Shown here piece after piece: positions 27,249 through 37,131 of a DNA stretch of 64,000 nt; position 1 is the stretch's first letter; each line of letters starts with the position of its first letter. This DNA is from Minisyncoccota bacterium (GTDB taxonomy: Bacteria > Patescibacteriota > Minisyncoccia > Phycocordibacterales > SBAW01): positions 115,741 through 179,740 of the forward strand of contig DASZSF010000005.1 in the NCBI GenBank assembly GCA_035548815.1, in the 5' to 3' direction. The notes under the pieces are model-generated. The model saw only the letters and a program-made list of their open reading frames with translations, made no database searches and was not told the origin of the DNA. Position numbers and translations under genes: made by a program.

Positions 27249-29000
27249 TTATCGTGCAAACAGCGGCCACACCTGGTCCGTCTCTTTGTGCCAGAGCTGC
27301 GCGCTTAAGAATCTATCGCTAGGTGTCTCGACAAGTCCGAGCGTCACTCCGCGTAGGTCGTTAGGTACAATATACACGAAATCCGGTGCATAGAGAAATA
27401 CGGCAGGAATGTCTTTTTTGAGCTCCGTATTGAACTGTGTATAGAGCGTTGCGCGCTTGCCTTGGTCGCTTGTCTGGCGAAGCTGCTCAAGCAGAGTGTC
27501 GGCAGTTGAGTTTGCGTAGCCGGCAATGTTGAGCCCTGGGTCATTGCGCTGGCTTGAGTGCCAGAAGGCGAACAGGTCGAGCTCACGGCCCACAACTTCG
27601 CCAAACAACAGCGCGTCGTATTTGCGCGGGCGGATGATATTCTGTGAGAGGTCGCCTTGATCGTAAATTTGAATAGTAACGTCGGCGCCTACGCGGCCCC
27701 AGATGGTCTTTACGTAGTCAGCGGCAGCGCGGAGTTCCGGTACGTTGCCTGTGGCAAGCGTAAACTCCAAACGTTCCGTCTTTGCTGTTTTGCCAGAGCC
27801 GGTCGTCTTAATCATGATGCCGTCGGGTCCAAGCTTCCATCCTGCTTTTATGAGCTCGTCCTGCGCTTTGGCAATTGCCATATCAATATCGGTGGTCGTG
27901 CTTTCAGCTTGGCGGCCCAAGATGCTTGGAGGGACGGGGCCGTCAAGCGGCGTGCCGAATCCACCCAGTATTTTTTGCACTAAATCGTCGCGGTCTATCG
28001 CATCGTTCAAGGCTCTTCGTACGGCTGTTTCGCGCAAGACTACAGATTGGTTTTGATTAAAGAAGACACCAAATACGCGGTTGAGCGACGAATGTTCAAC
28101 GCGGAATGCTGAAAGGGCCGACAGTGCTGCGGGCGAGATACCGCTCGCAGCTTCGACTGCGCCGCTTTTGAGGGCGCTGATAAGGTCGCTCTCGTTTTGA
28201 TAAAAGCGGAATGTGATGTCATCCATGTACGGTTTGCCGAGCGCGTATCCGTTGAACGCCACAAGTTTGTACGAAGAGGGGACGCCCGACGATGTGCGCT
28301 CTATTGAGGTAACGCGGAAAGGGCCGGAACCCACAGGCGAGACGTTCAACTCGCTGAACGGAAATTCGTCATCGCTGATATTTTGCCAGAGATTTTTCGG
28401 CAAAATACCAAGCGTTGCATTTTCGATAAACGGAGCATATGGACCTTTGAGCACGAATGTCACGGTGTACGGATCAGAAGAGGATACGACGACACCATCC
28501 CAATTAGCACGGACAGGGCTTTTGAGCGCGGCATCTTGGGTCTTTTGAATAGTAAATATGACATCGTCTGCGGTGATGGGCGTACCGTCATGAAAGGTTG
28601 TATCGTGGCGCAGGTGGAAGGTGTAGGTGCGGCCATCGGATGAAATGTCATAACTTTCTGCGATGTCAGGCACATAGGAACCTTCGGGCGTTGCTTTGAG
28701 GAGGCCTGAATAGACCAAGGCAGAAAGGTCGCGGTCTGCGTCAGAAATTGCCAATACCGGATTTATAAAACGAGGTGCGCCAACGATGCCTTCTGCAAGC
28801 GAGCCGCCATGCGCGGGGACATTTACAAGTAGAGACTGGTTAAGCAAAAATACGAGGCCGACGGCGCTTACGACAAGTAGGGATGCAAAAAATATGAACA
28901 AGGCCCGGCCGCTTGCTGAAAACGAACGGTAGGTATCTTCCGCTTTTTGGATGAACGTGAATCGAGAACGACCCTGTTGTGTGTGCCAAAACGCACGCAT
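27249..29000 (-). CDS. ABC transporter substrate-binding protein, family 5 (peptide/nickel type), orphan
   Basis: N-terminal TM anchor; PEGSYVPDIAESYDISSDGRTYTFHLRHDTTFHDGTPITADDV signature; no adjacent permease genes. Confidence 0.85.
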   Translation of the reverse strand: MRAFWHTQQGRSRFTFIQKAEDTYRSFSASGRALFIFFASLLVVSAVGLVFLLNQSLLVNVPAHGGSLAEGIVGAPRFINPVLAISDADRDLSALVYSGLLKATPEGSYVPDIAESYDISSDGRTYTFHLRHDTTFHDGTPITADDVIFTIQKTQDAALKSPVRANWDGVVVSSSDPYTVTFVLKGPYAPFIENATLGILPKNLWQNISDDEFPFSELNVSPVGSGPFRVTSIERTSSGVPSSYKLVAFNGYALGKPYMDDITFRFYQNESDLISALKSGAVEAASGISPAALSALSAFRVEHSSLNRVFGVFFNQNQSVVLRETAVRRALNDAIDRDDLVQKILGGFGTPLDGPVPPSILGRQAESTTTDIDMAIAKAQDELIKAGWKLGPDGIMIKTTGSGKTAKTERLEFTLATGNVPELRAAADYVKTIWGRVGADVTIQIYDQGDLSQNIIRPRKYDALLFGEVVGRELDLFAFWHSSQRNDPGLNIAGYANSTADTLLEQLRQTSDQGKRATLYTQFNTELKKDIPAVFLYAPDFVYIVPNDLRGVTLGLVETPSDRFLSAQLWHKETDQVWPLFAR

Positions 29001-29036
29001 AAGTTGTAGGCGCCGGGAGGCGCGAATAAGCTCTAG

Positions 29037-29285
29037 TTAGTGTATGACGAGCGCGAGGAGTGCGCACAGTGCGAAGAGCACCGCGATTACAATAGACGTC
29101 CAGAAGAGATATTTCTCCATGCCGCGGCGCGTATGATATGCCGCACTGAAGTTGTCTCCGCCAAACGCGCCGCCCAAGGACGCACCTGTCTGCTGGAGCA
29201 GGATACATATAATGAGGGCGACCGAAAGCACTATCTGTATGTAGGGCAACACGCCCGCTATCGTCATTACCAATAACGCTACCAT
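29037..29285 (-). CDS. secG: preprotein translocase subunit SecG
   Basis: LLQQTGASLGGAFGGDNFSAAYHTRRGMEKYL with two TM. Confidence 0.7.
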   Translation of the reverse strand: MVALLVMTIAGVLPYIQIVLSVALIICILLQQTGASLGGAFGGDNFSAAYHTRRGMEKYLFWTSIVIAVLFALCALLALVIH

Positions 29286-29352
29286 AGAGAAAGGTGGCCT
29301 GCAATAGCGGCGTTCTTGATTTCCAAGCCTTTTGTAGTAGAGTATTTCCACT

Positions 29353-29739
29353 ATGGCAAAAGCTAAAAACAAGAAAAAAGCCCGTTCGACAAGCTCAGGG
29401 CAAGCAGCAAAAAAGAAGGTTAAGGCTCCTGCAAAAGCGTCTGTAAAAAAGAGCGCGTTGGGAACCCCCTATGGCAACCGCGTGCTGGTGAAGCCTGCAA
29501 AAGTTGAGCAGACGACATCATTCGGTCTTATCTTGCCTGACTCGGGCAAGCTCACTCCAGAGACTGGTGTTGTTGTGGCAGTTGGAAACGGCCGACGCAC
29601 GAGCGACGGAAACCTCACTCCTATTGATGTGAACGTTGGCGACACTATTATGTTCAATAAGTACGGCTACGACGAAGTAAAGATCAACGGGGAAGAATAC
29701 TTCCTGATAAGCGAAGACAGTGTCACCTACATATTTTAG
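29353..29739 (+). CDS. groES: co-chaperonin GroES with about 35-aa Lys/Ala-rich N-terminal extension
   Basis: core PYGNRVLVKPAKVEQTTSFGLILPDSGK...VVAVGNG; no in-frame ATG nearer the core (TTG at 29458 possible). Confidence 0.85.
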   Translation: MAKAKNKKKARSTSSGQAAKKKVKAPAKASVKKSALGTPYGNRVLVKPAKVEQTTSFGLILPDSGKLTPETGVVVAVGNGRRTSDGNLTPIDVNVGDTIMFNKYGYDEVKINGEEYFLISEDSVTYIF

Positions 29740-29753
29740 TTCGCCCGAATTAA

Positions 29754-31421
<1,668 letters not shown>

Positions 31422-31449
31422 CATTCCTTATATATAGAAAAGAAGAAGG

Positions 31450-31475
31450 CTCGCGATGGACTCGCGGGCCTTTTG
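31450..31475. terminator. weak bidirectional hairpin between groEL and convergent NYN gene
   Basis: CGCGA-TGGAC-TCGCG then GGCCTTTT. Confidence 0.4.
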
Positions 31476-32003
31476 CTACGACTGCACGTAGCGGAGTGCG
31501 GGGAAGAACGGTTTCATGTCGACCCAGGTGAAGAGGCCGCATGTCAGAAAACGCCGCAGTGTCTTCCCGATGCTAGGAAAGCCTTTGGCGTTGACGCTGT
31601 CGGCTATGAACCAACAAATGCTGACGCCTTCCTTGTGCTGCTCCCACAACGGGCGCAGGTAGCGATGATCAGCGCCAACCATCACTATCCGGCCAACCTT
31701 TGACCGATCCACGGCGTCAATTCTCCTGCATAAATGATGATCATCCTCTTCGCTCAAGGTCCCGGAAGGGATAACCTCAAACCCCTTCTTTCTAAATGCT
31801 TCGCCAATCGGGTTATCGGCCAAATGTGGAAGCATAGTTATGACCGGCGGCAATAGGCGTTTTGACTGAGTTTTGGTATGCAAAAGCGTATAGAGGACGG
31901 CTGCGTCGATTTGGGTTATGCCGTGTTGGGCTGCACATTTGTGCAGAGACGCGCCATCAATGAGCGCGAGGGTTTTACGATCGTCCATAGTCTTGCTCCC
32001 CAT
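31476..32003 (-). CDS. NYN-domain (LabA/DUF88-like) putative nuclease
   Basis: LALIDGASLH ... RIVMVGADHRYLRPL acidic-residue pattern of NYN/PIN-like fold. Confidence 0.6.
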   Translation of the reverse strand: MGSKTMDDRKTLALIDGASLHKCAAQHGITQIDAAVLYTLLHTKTQSKRLLPPVITMLPHLADNPIGEAFRKKGFEVIPSGTLSEEDDHHLCRRIDAVDRSKVGRIVMVGADHRYLRPLWEQHKEGVSICWFIADSVNAKGFPSIGKTLRRFLTCGLFTWVDMKPFFPALRYVQS

Positions 32004-32141
32004 TACTGTTGAGGAATTTCAACTTTCTAGACGCTCTTACTCAACGTACTACGCACCTGCGGCAACCATACTCCTTCATGAAGATAGGATTTATTTGAAA
32101 TGTGGATAAGTTGAAGTAGATGAGGTAACTTGGTACGTATT

Positions 32142-32229
32142 GGAGGCGTCGCATAGTGGTCTAGTGCACACGCTTGGAAAGCGTGCAACCCGCAAGGGTT
32201 CGAGAGTTCGAATCTCTCCGCCTCCGCCA
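32142..32229 (+). tRNA. tRNA-Ser(GGA): tRNA-Ser (anticodon GGA), type II with long variable arm, CCA encoded
   Basis: acceptor GGAGGCG/CGCCTCC, anticodon arm CACGC-TTGGAAA-GCGTG, variable arm AACCC-GCAA-GGGTT, T-arm GAGAG-TTCGAAT-CTCTC, G73, CCA. Confidence 0.88.
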
Positions 32230-32292
32230 GAAGGTTTTAGTATCGGAGGTATGCGAGAGCATACCTCTTTAGAGTACTGCGAAGGCTTACCA

Positions 32293-32322
32293 TTGAACTT
32301 CTAATGTCTTCCACACTATAAT
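32293..32322 (+). promoter_or_regulatory. sigma70-like promoter for DUF4238 gene (leaderless-type spacing)
   Basis: -35 TTGAAC (32293-98), 18-bp spacer, -10 TATAAT (32317-22) 6 nt before GTG start at 32329. Confidence 0.4.
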
Positions 32323-32328
32323 CACGGC

Positions 32329-33297
32329 GTGGCTAAGAAGAATAAAAAGAAAAACAAAGGGCCGCGCGACCAGCATTTTGTCCCGCGTTGTTATCTATCT
32401 GAATTCACCGATCCCAACACCCCTTTAGGCCAAGAGCCTTACGTGTGGGTGTTCGACAAGGACGGCAAGAATCCGCGTAAGCGGGCTCCTAAAAACGTAT
32501 TTACCGAGACCCATTTATATACCTTCGAGTTCAATGGTGAAAAGGATTTCTCCATGGAACAAAGTCTCTCTACTATCGAGGCCAAGTACGCATATATCTT
32601 TAGGCATAAAATCAAACAAAAGAAGCCTCTGACCGAAACGGAACACGCCTACCTATGTGCGTTCGTCGCGGCTCAGATGGTCCGTACGCCGCGCTTTAAG
32701 GAGAACCAAGAGAACTTCATCCAGCAGCTCATCGACCATGGCACTCAGATGGCGCTCGCGCACGGCGTAACCAATTCGCCGCAGGTGCGCCAGTGGCGGG
32801 AGTACAAAAAGGACGCACACAAGATCCAAATGGTGGATAGCATCCCGTACATCGCGAACATACTGCTGCAAATGAGCGTGGCATTTCTCTGCATCAAAGG
32901 TCCGAGCAAACACTGGTTCATTACTTCGGACGACCCTTGCGTATTTTTCAATCCGGATCTTCAATGGCAGCGGTTTTATGGCCCCGGCTTCGGTCAACAA
33001 AACGTGCAGCTCACACTCGCACTCAGTCCGGAGGTAACAGTGATGTTTACGTGGGCGAACTTTCGCGGCTACTCGTATGTGAGCGGCGGCAACGTCGAGA
33101 GTATGCTCAACCGTATGACACGCTTTCACTCAAACAAAGAATTTATATCTCCATACCCCAAGAAAAAGTGGGTCTGGTTTAGTCGCGTGCCGCTCGACCC
33201 GTTCTTCCTCTGGAAGGTAGTGAAGAATGAGACGAAAATACGGCTTCACAAGCTCCGCAACCGATGGCGCTACCGCAAAATGTATGCCAAACGATAA
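32329..33297 (+). CDS. DUF4238-family protein (Rst_DUF4238-type anti-phage defence candidate), GTG start
   Basis: N-terminal HFVPRCYLSEF matches DUF4238 signature; Lys-rich N-tail. Confidence 0.7.
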   Translation: MAKKNKKKNKGPRDQHFVPRCYLSEFTDPNTPLGQEPYVWVFDKDGKNPRKRAPKNVFTETHLYTFEFNGEKDFSMEQSLSTIEAKYAYIFRHKIKQKKPLTETEHAYLCAFVAAQMVRTPRFKENQENFIQQLIDHGTQMALAHGVTNSPQVRQWREYKKDAHKIQMVDSIPYIANILLQMSVAFLCIKGPSKHWFITSDDPCVFFNPDLQWQRFYGPGFGQQNVQLTLALSPEVTVMFTWANFRGYSYVSGGNVESMLNRMTRFHSNKEFISPYPKKKWVWFSRVPLDPFFLWKVVKNETKIRLHKLRNRWRYRKMYAKR

Positions 33298-34171
33298 CAT
33301 CGAACAAAATATAAAAGATATTGTCGAGTCTGGCGCGACCCCAGATGAGAAGATCTCCTCGCTTAACGACCTGATTGCGGGACTCAGCTTTGTGCATCAG
33401 GTCGCAGAAGCTCGACGTGTCGCGGAAGCAGGTGCGCTTATTGCTGCAAAGGCTGGTAAGACGGAAATGGCAGCACAATTTTGCTTTATGCGTGCAAAGG
33501 CGGAGATTGCAGAAGCAGGCAAATTCATCGGCGAGATGAAAAACATTACTATGGCGATCAACTGGTTCGAGTTCGGGCTTGAGGCAGAGAAAAAACGATT
33601 TAAAGAACTTGATGCAAAACTGCAAACCAACTGGGGCATCACTCAAAAGGTTATGAATATGGGGTATGATTTTATCAATAAAAAACCCTACATTGGCGCT
33701 GGTGCTTATTGCCAGCGAACCGCCGGACAGATATATGGCACTTATTACCTCCAGCTAAAGCTACACTATTTCACAACCGGTCATCCGTGGCGCGCGCGTT
33801 TCGGGAATTATGCGCTGTCTCGTTGGGTCGGCATAGATGACTTGTTCATTCTCAGTAAGAAATCTCGCGCTCACCTGCGAAGTGTTAAACGAGACTGTCT
33901 CAAGTCTCTCCATCAAGCAAAGCGTCTGTTTAAACAAATAAAAGCATATGATTACCTTGTTGAGACATACTTTGACCTCGCGCTGGAACACCATTCATTC
34001 AATGACTCTCTCCGCAGTAAGTTTTATCTCTGGTGGGGATGGTTGTTAATGAAATGGCACCGACTTCAGGAGCCACGCCTCGCAGAAAGCTTCGCGTCAC
34101 TTCGCGAATTGCCACTCATCGGAAGCAATCGTGACGGCAGACCTATGGATGAGCTGCAACCGCAGCTGTAA
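33284..34171 (+). CDS. hypothetical alpha-helical protein translationally coupled to DUF4238 gene
   Basis: ATG 33284 overlaps upstream stop by 14 nt; 295 aa, no recognisable domain. Confidence 0.5.
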   Translation: MPNDNIEQNIKDIVESGATPDEKISSLNDLIAGLSFVHQVAEARRVAEAGALIAAKAGKTEMAAQFCFMRAKAEIAEAGKFIGEMKNITMAINWFEFGLEAEKKRFKELDAKLQTNWGITQKVMNMGYDFINKKPYIGAGAYCQRTAGQIYGTYYLQLKLHYFTTGHPWRARFGNYALSRWVGIDDLFILSKKSRAHLRSVKRDCLKSLHQAKRLFKQIKAYDYLVETYFDLALEHHSFNDSLRSKFYLWWGWLLMKWHRLQEPRLAESFASLRELPLIGSNRDGRPMDELQPQL

Positions 34172-34175
34172 TCTT

Positions 34176-35543
34176 CTAATTGTCTTGGTCTATCGTCACA
34201 ATTCCTTTTGTGATTTTGAGCTTTGATTTGAAACATCCCATCAACTCGCGCTTCTCCTGGTCCGTCCCTTCCTTCAGCGTGTACTTCGCATAGGTTTTGA
34301 GATCTACTTCGTCGTGCGTTTTTGAGGCGCTGGACATACCCAACACTGCTCGTTGGAATTTGTTAAAGCGCTTTAGCTCTTCCTCAAACTTGTGCTGAAT
34401 GCCGATGCCATTGAGGTCGATTTGGTCGAGTGCTTTTATCATCTGGTCGATTAGTTCCTCCTCGCGCAGGTAGGTATTCTTGCAGTGCAGATTACGCGCT
34501 CGCCCGCAGCCGTAATAGATATACTTTCGCATCGTACCGTCTTTGAGCTGTTTGTACTTTTCCTCCGCGCTGAACATTGATCCGCACAGTCCGCAGGTGA
34601 CGAGCTTGGTAAACGCGAACTCGTGGCTTTGGCGCACAATGCTATCGCGCTTGAGTTGGGCCTGCACCGCATCAAAGAGTTCTTTGGTGATGAGCGGCTC
34701 GTGCTTGCCCTGATACCAATTGCCGGAGTTTTTCGGGTACTCGAACGTGCCGTAATAGAAATGATTGGTGAGCGTGCGATATACGTTGCCGCAGGTAAGC
34801 GGCTTGTTGCCGGTTGTATGAAAGTTTAAGTCGAACCTAAGCCAGTGGTAGACGCGACGGCCCGACCACTTTTCGTAAGCAACCTTCTCAAACATTTTCT
34901 TGATAACTGGTCCTCGCTCCGGATCGACAATCACCTGACATTTTTTGTCCATCATTTTTTGTGTCAGATATCCAGTGGGCGGCGTAGTTGGCCACAAGCC
35001 CATTTCGACCCTCGTTCGCAAACCGCGCTTAACATTGATTCCACGATTATCGTTTTCGAGCTTCGCTTGTGACCCGAGAATCATCAACAGGAACTTCTCG
35101 TTCGGGTTATTGCGGAAGCTCTGGCTGTATGTCCGAATTTCCTGCAAGCCTCCGGAGTCCATCAAATCCACGACCTTGCCGAGGTCGCCTGCGTTGCGCG
35201 AAATTCTATCAGCTGCCCATGTCAAAATTCCGTTGTATTTGCCAGCTTTGATCTCCTCGATAACTTCATTGAAGACTGGTCGCTGACCCGTCTCTTTTGC
35301 AGAGTGCGATTCGCGCTTCATCGCGACCACCTCTAGGCCTTCTCGCTCGGAGAGCTGTAGCATTTCCTTTATCTGCGAATCAATCGAAAGCACCTGTCGC
35401 TCTTCCGATTCGGTGCTCTTTCTCGCATAGAGGCAATACCTCACTTTTACCGCCTCTGGTACGACCTGTTTGCCAATAATACCCACGGCCCTTGTTGTAG
35501 TTTCCATACCCCAAGGGATGACGCTGACGCCTATGGGAGTCAA
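34176..35543 (-). CDS. large serine recombinase (resolvase/integrase family with recombinase domain and zinc ribbon)
   Basis: catalytic region YARKSTESEERQVLSIDSQ, ...RISRN; C-terminal CGLCGS...YYGCGRARNLHC. Confidence 0.85.
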   Translation of the reverse strand: MTPIGVSVIPWGMETTTRAVGIIGKQVVPEAVKVRYCLYARKSTESEERQVLSIDSQIKEMLQLSEREGLEVVAMKRESHSAKETGQRPVFNEVIEEIKAGKYNGILTWAADRISRNAGDLGKVVDLMDSGGLQEIRTYSQSFRNNPNEKFLLMILGSQAKLENDNRGINVKRGLRTRVEMGLWPTTPPTGYLTQKMMDKKCQVIVDPERGPVIKKMFEKVAYEKWSGRRVYHWLRFDLNFHTTGNKPLTCGNVYRTLTNHFYYGTFEYPKNSGNWYQGKHEPLITKELFDAVQAQLKRDSIVRQSHEFAFTKLVTCGLCGSMFSAEEKYKQLKDGTMRKYIYYGCGRARNLHCKNTYLREEELIDQMIKALDQIDLNGIGIQHKFEEELKRFNKFQRAVLGMSSASKTHDEVDLKTYAKYTLKEGTDQEKRELMGCFKSKLKITKGIVTIDQDN

Positions 35544-35595
35544 GAGCGTCCCCAGAACCTAGCTGTTGGTAACTTAAACAAGCTGGAGCCTATAT

Positions 35596-36123
35596 TTAAA
35601 GATTCTTCAATATAAAATCTGCCCGCTCTTCCGGCGGCAGTACAGGCACGTGTACAACCGGTGATGGCAGTGATTCATAAACTTCAGTAATGAAGTCGTG
35701 GATTTGCTTCTGTGCGGCCGCGTCTTCGGTGCGGGCGTAGTCATTCACTAGCGGCAATGGATCTAAAATGAAAACCTTTTTATATGATGCCTTCCTCATC
35801 GCCAACAGGATTTTGCCGTCTTCGGGGAGATTAGTAAATCGATAATATGCTAAAGCGTCAGGGATTGCCCGATCAAGAAAAACGACTTCGTTCGGTGAAA
35901 GTTCCCGCTCTTGTGCGATCTGCATACCAAGCACACCTTGCTGAAAAGCCAGCTGGTTTTGCCTAATCTCTTCTACAGTTTTACCCGTGATTCGTTGTGT
36001 ATCAATAAAATGCCGTGCATGCTCAATCGTGGTCTTGTAGCCACGTTCTTTGAGAAGGTTTACCGTAGTTGTCTTACCGGAGCCCGGGCCTCCAGTTATT
36101 ACGTACCAGTTCGTTGCGTCCAT
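35596..36123 (-). CDS. P-loop NTPase / predicted kinase (AAA_28/NadR-like)
   Basis: Walker A ITGGPGSGKTT, Walker B VVFLD. Confidence 0.55.
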   Translation of the reverse strand: MDATNWYVITGGPGSGKTTTVNLLKERGYKTTIEHARHFIDTQRITGKTVEEIRQNQLAFQQGVLGMQIAQERELSPNEVVFLDRAIPDALAYYRFTNLPEDGKILLAMRKASYKKVFILDPLPLVNDYARTEDAAAQKQIHDFITEVYESLPSPVVHVPVLPPEERADFILKNL

Positions 36124-36392
36124 TAGCCGATTTTATGTGATCCACTCCAGTTATAGCAATGCGCGAAGCAATATCCCAATACAAAACCAAAAATGACACT
36201 GGCAATAATGCCTTCAACCCACGCCTGTACTGAACCAAGAGGGGCGGCCGTGAACAGAGCGAGCCACATATGTGTGAACTGTGCCCCAGGCAAAATAATC
36301 TGTGCAATGGCACATAGTACGAACGCGACAACCAAGGTGCCAGCGAGTGCGATACCAGTCCGAACCGTCGACAATCGAGTAATGTTTTCCAT
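36123..36392 (-). CDS. small 2-TM membrane protein
   Basis: 89 aa hydrophobic; start overlaps kinase. Confidence 0.4.
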   Translation of the reverse strand: MENITRLSTVRTGIALAGTLVVAFVLCAIAQIILPGAQFTHMWLALFTAAPLGSVQAWVEGIIASVIFGFVLGYCFAHCYNWSGSHKIG

Positions 36393-36424
36393 AAAATTTA
36401 TTAATTTCTAAATAATGTCGGCAA

Positions 36425-36553
36425 CTACTTCTTAGAAATCTGCTGCCAGAGCCAGATTCCCACTAGCACTAGATCAACGAGGACAACAATCCACGTGAGT
36501 AGGCCGAAGACACCTGCGCCGCCCATCATCCCCTCATATCCATAACCCATCAT
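36425..36553 (-). CDS. tiny glycine-zipper membrane peptide (42 aa), below ORF-track cutoff
   Basis: MMGYGYEGMMGGAGVFGLLTWIVVLVDLVLVGIWLWQQISKK read from minus strand. Confidence 0.25.
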   Translation of the reverse strand: MMGYGYEGMMGGAGVFGLLTWIVVLVDLVLVGIWLWQQISKK

Positions 36554-36624
36554 AATATGTAATTGTTATTTTTTTAATAATCTCGACCTAAGCACATGGT
36601 ACCGCTGACGGCCACTTTACACAA

Positions 36625-36641
36625 ATACCCCATGGGGGTAT
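36625..36641. promoter_or_regulatory. CsoR operator (GC-rich pseudo-palindrome) 10 nt upstream of csoR
   Basis: ATACCCC-ATG-GGGGTAT near-perfect inverted repeat, resembling known CsoR operators (TACCC...GGGTA). Confidence 0.6.
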
Positions 36642-36650
36642 CATAAGGTC

Positions 36651-36923
36651 ATGAAAGTAGACGCGAAAAGAAAGGTACTCCGTCGCCTCAGTCTAATCCG
36701 GGGCCAACTCAACGGCCTTATCAAAATGGTAGATGCTGAACGCTACTGCGTCGACATCATTACGCAATCGAGCGCGATTAAGGAGGCACTTTCAGGAGTG
36801 GAAGACGTCATGCTCGAAAACCATCTCACGACGCACGTTATAGACCAGATCAAATCAGGGAGGAGTAAGAAGGCGGTCGAAGAGATATTGAAAGTTTATA
36901 AGTTAGCACAAAAGAAAAAGTGA
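36651..36923 (+). CDS. csoR: copper-sensing repressor CsoR (CsoR/RcnR DUF156 family)
   Basis: VLRRLSLIRGQLNGLIKMVDAERYCVDIITQSSAIKEAL...HLTTH; conserved Cys and His ligands. Confidence 0.85.
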   Translation: MKVDAKRKVLRRLSLIRGQLNGLIKMVDAERYCVDIITQSSAIKEALSGVEDVMLENHLTTHVIDQIKSGRSKKAVEEILKVYKLAQKKK

Positions 36924-36924
36924 T

Positions 36925-37131
36925 ATGAAAAATACCACCGTGCGTTGGGTAATTATTGGTCTACTTATAGTCGCAGGAGTTTATCTCGCTGTTGACCACG
37001 GTCAGCATATTGCGCCCTATTTGCCATTTGCTTTTTTGTCAGGCTGCCTTTTTATGCACCTGTTCGGCCACGGAGCACATGGTCATCATGGGAACCATGG
37101 CGGGCATGAGCATGAAGACGCAAAACAATGA
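36925..37131 (+). CDS. DUF2933-like small membrane protein with His-rich tail (metal-resistance associated)
   Basis: TM then CLFMHLFGHGAHGHHGNHGGHEHED. Confidence 0.5.
   Translation: MKNTTVRWVIIGLLIVAGVYLAVDHGQHIAPYLPFAFLSGCLFMHLFGHGAHGHHGNHGGHEHEDAKQ

Larger units (their letters stand above)
32142..36400. mobile_element. putative integrative island adjacent to tRNA-Ser (defence gene + serine recombinase); right boundary undefined
   Basis: tRNA-Ser followed by DUF4238 module, large serine recombinase on opposite strand, P-loop kinase; no att repeat found by eye. Confidence 0.45.
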
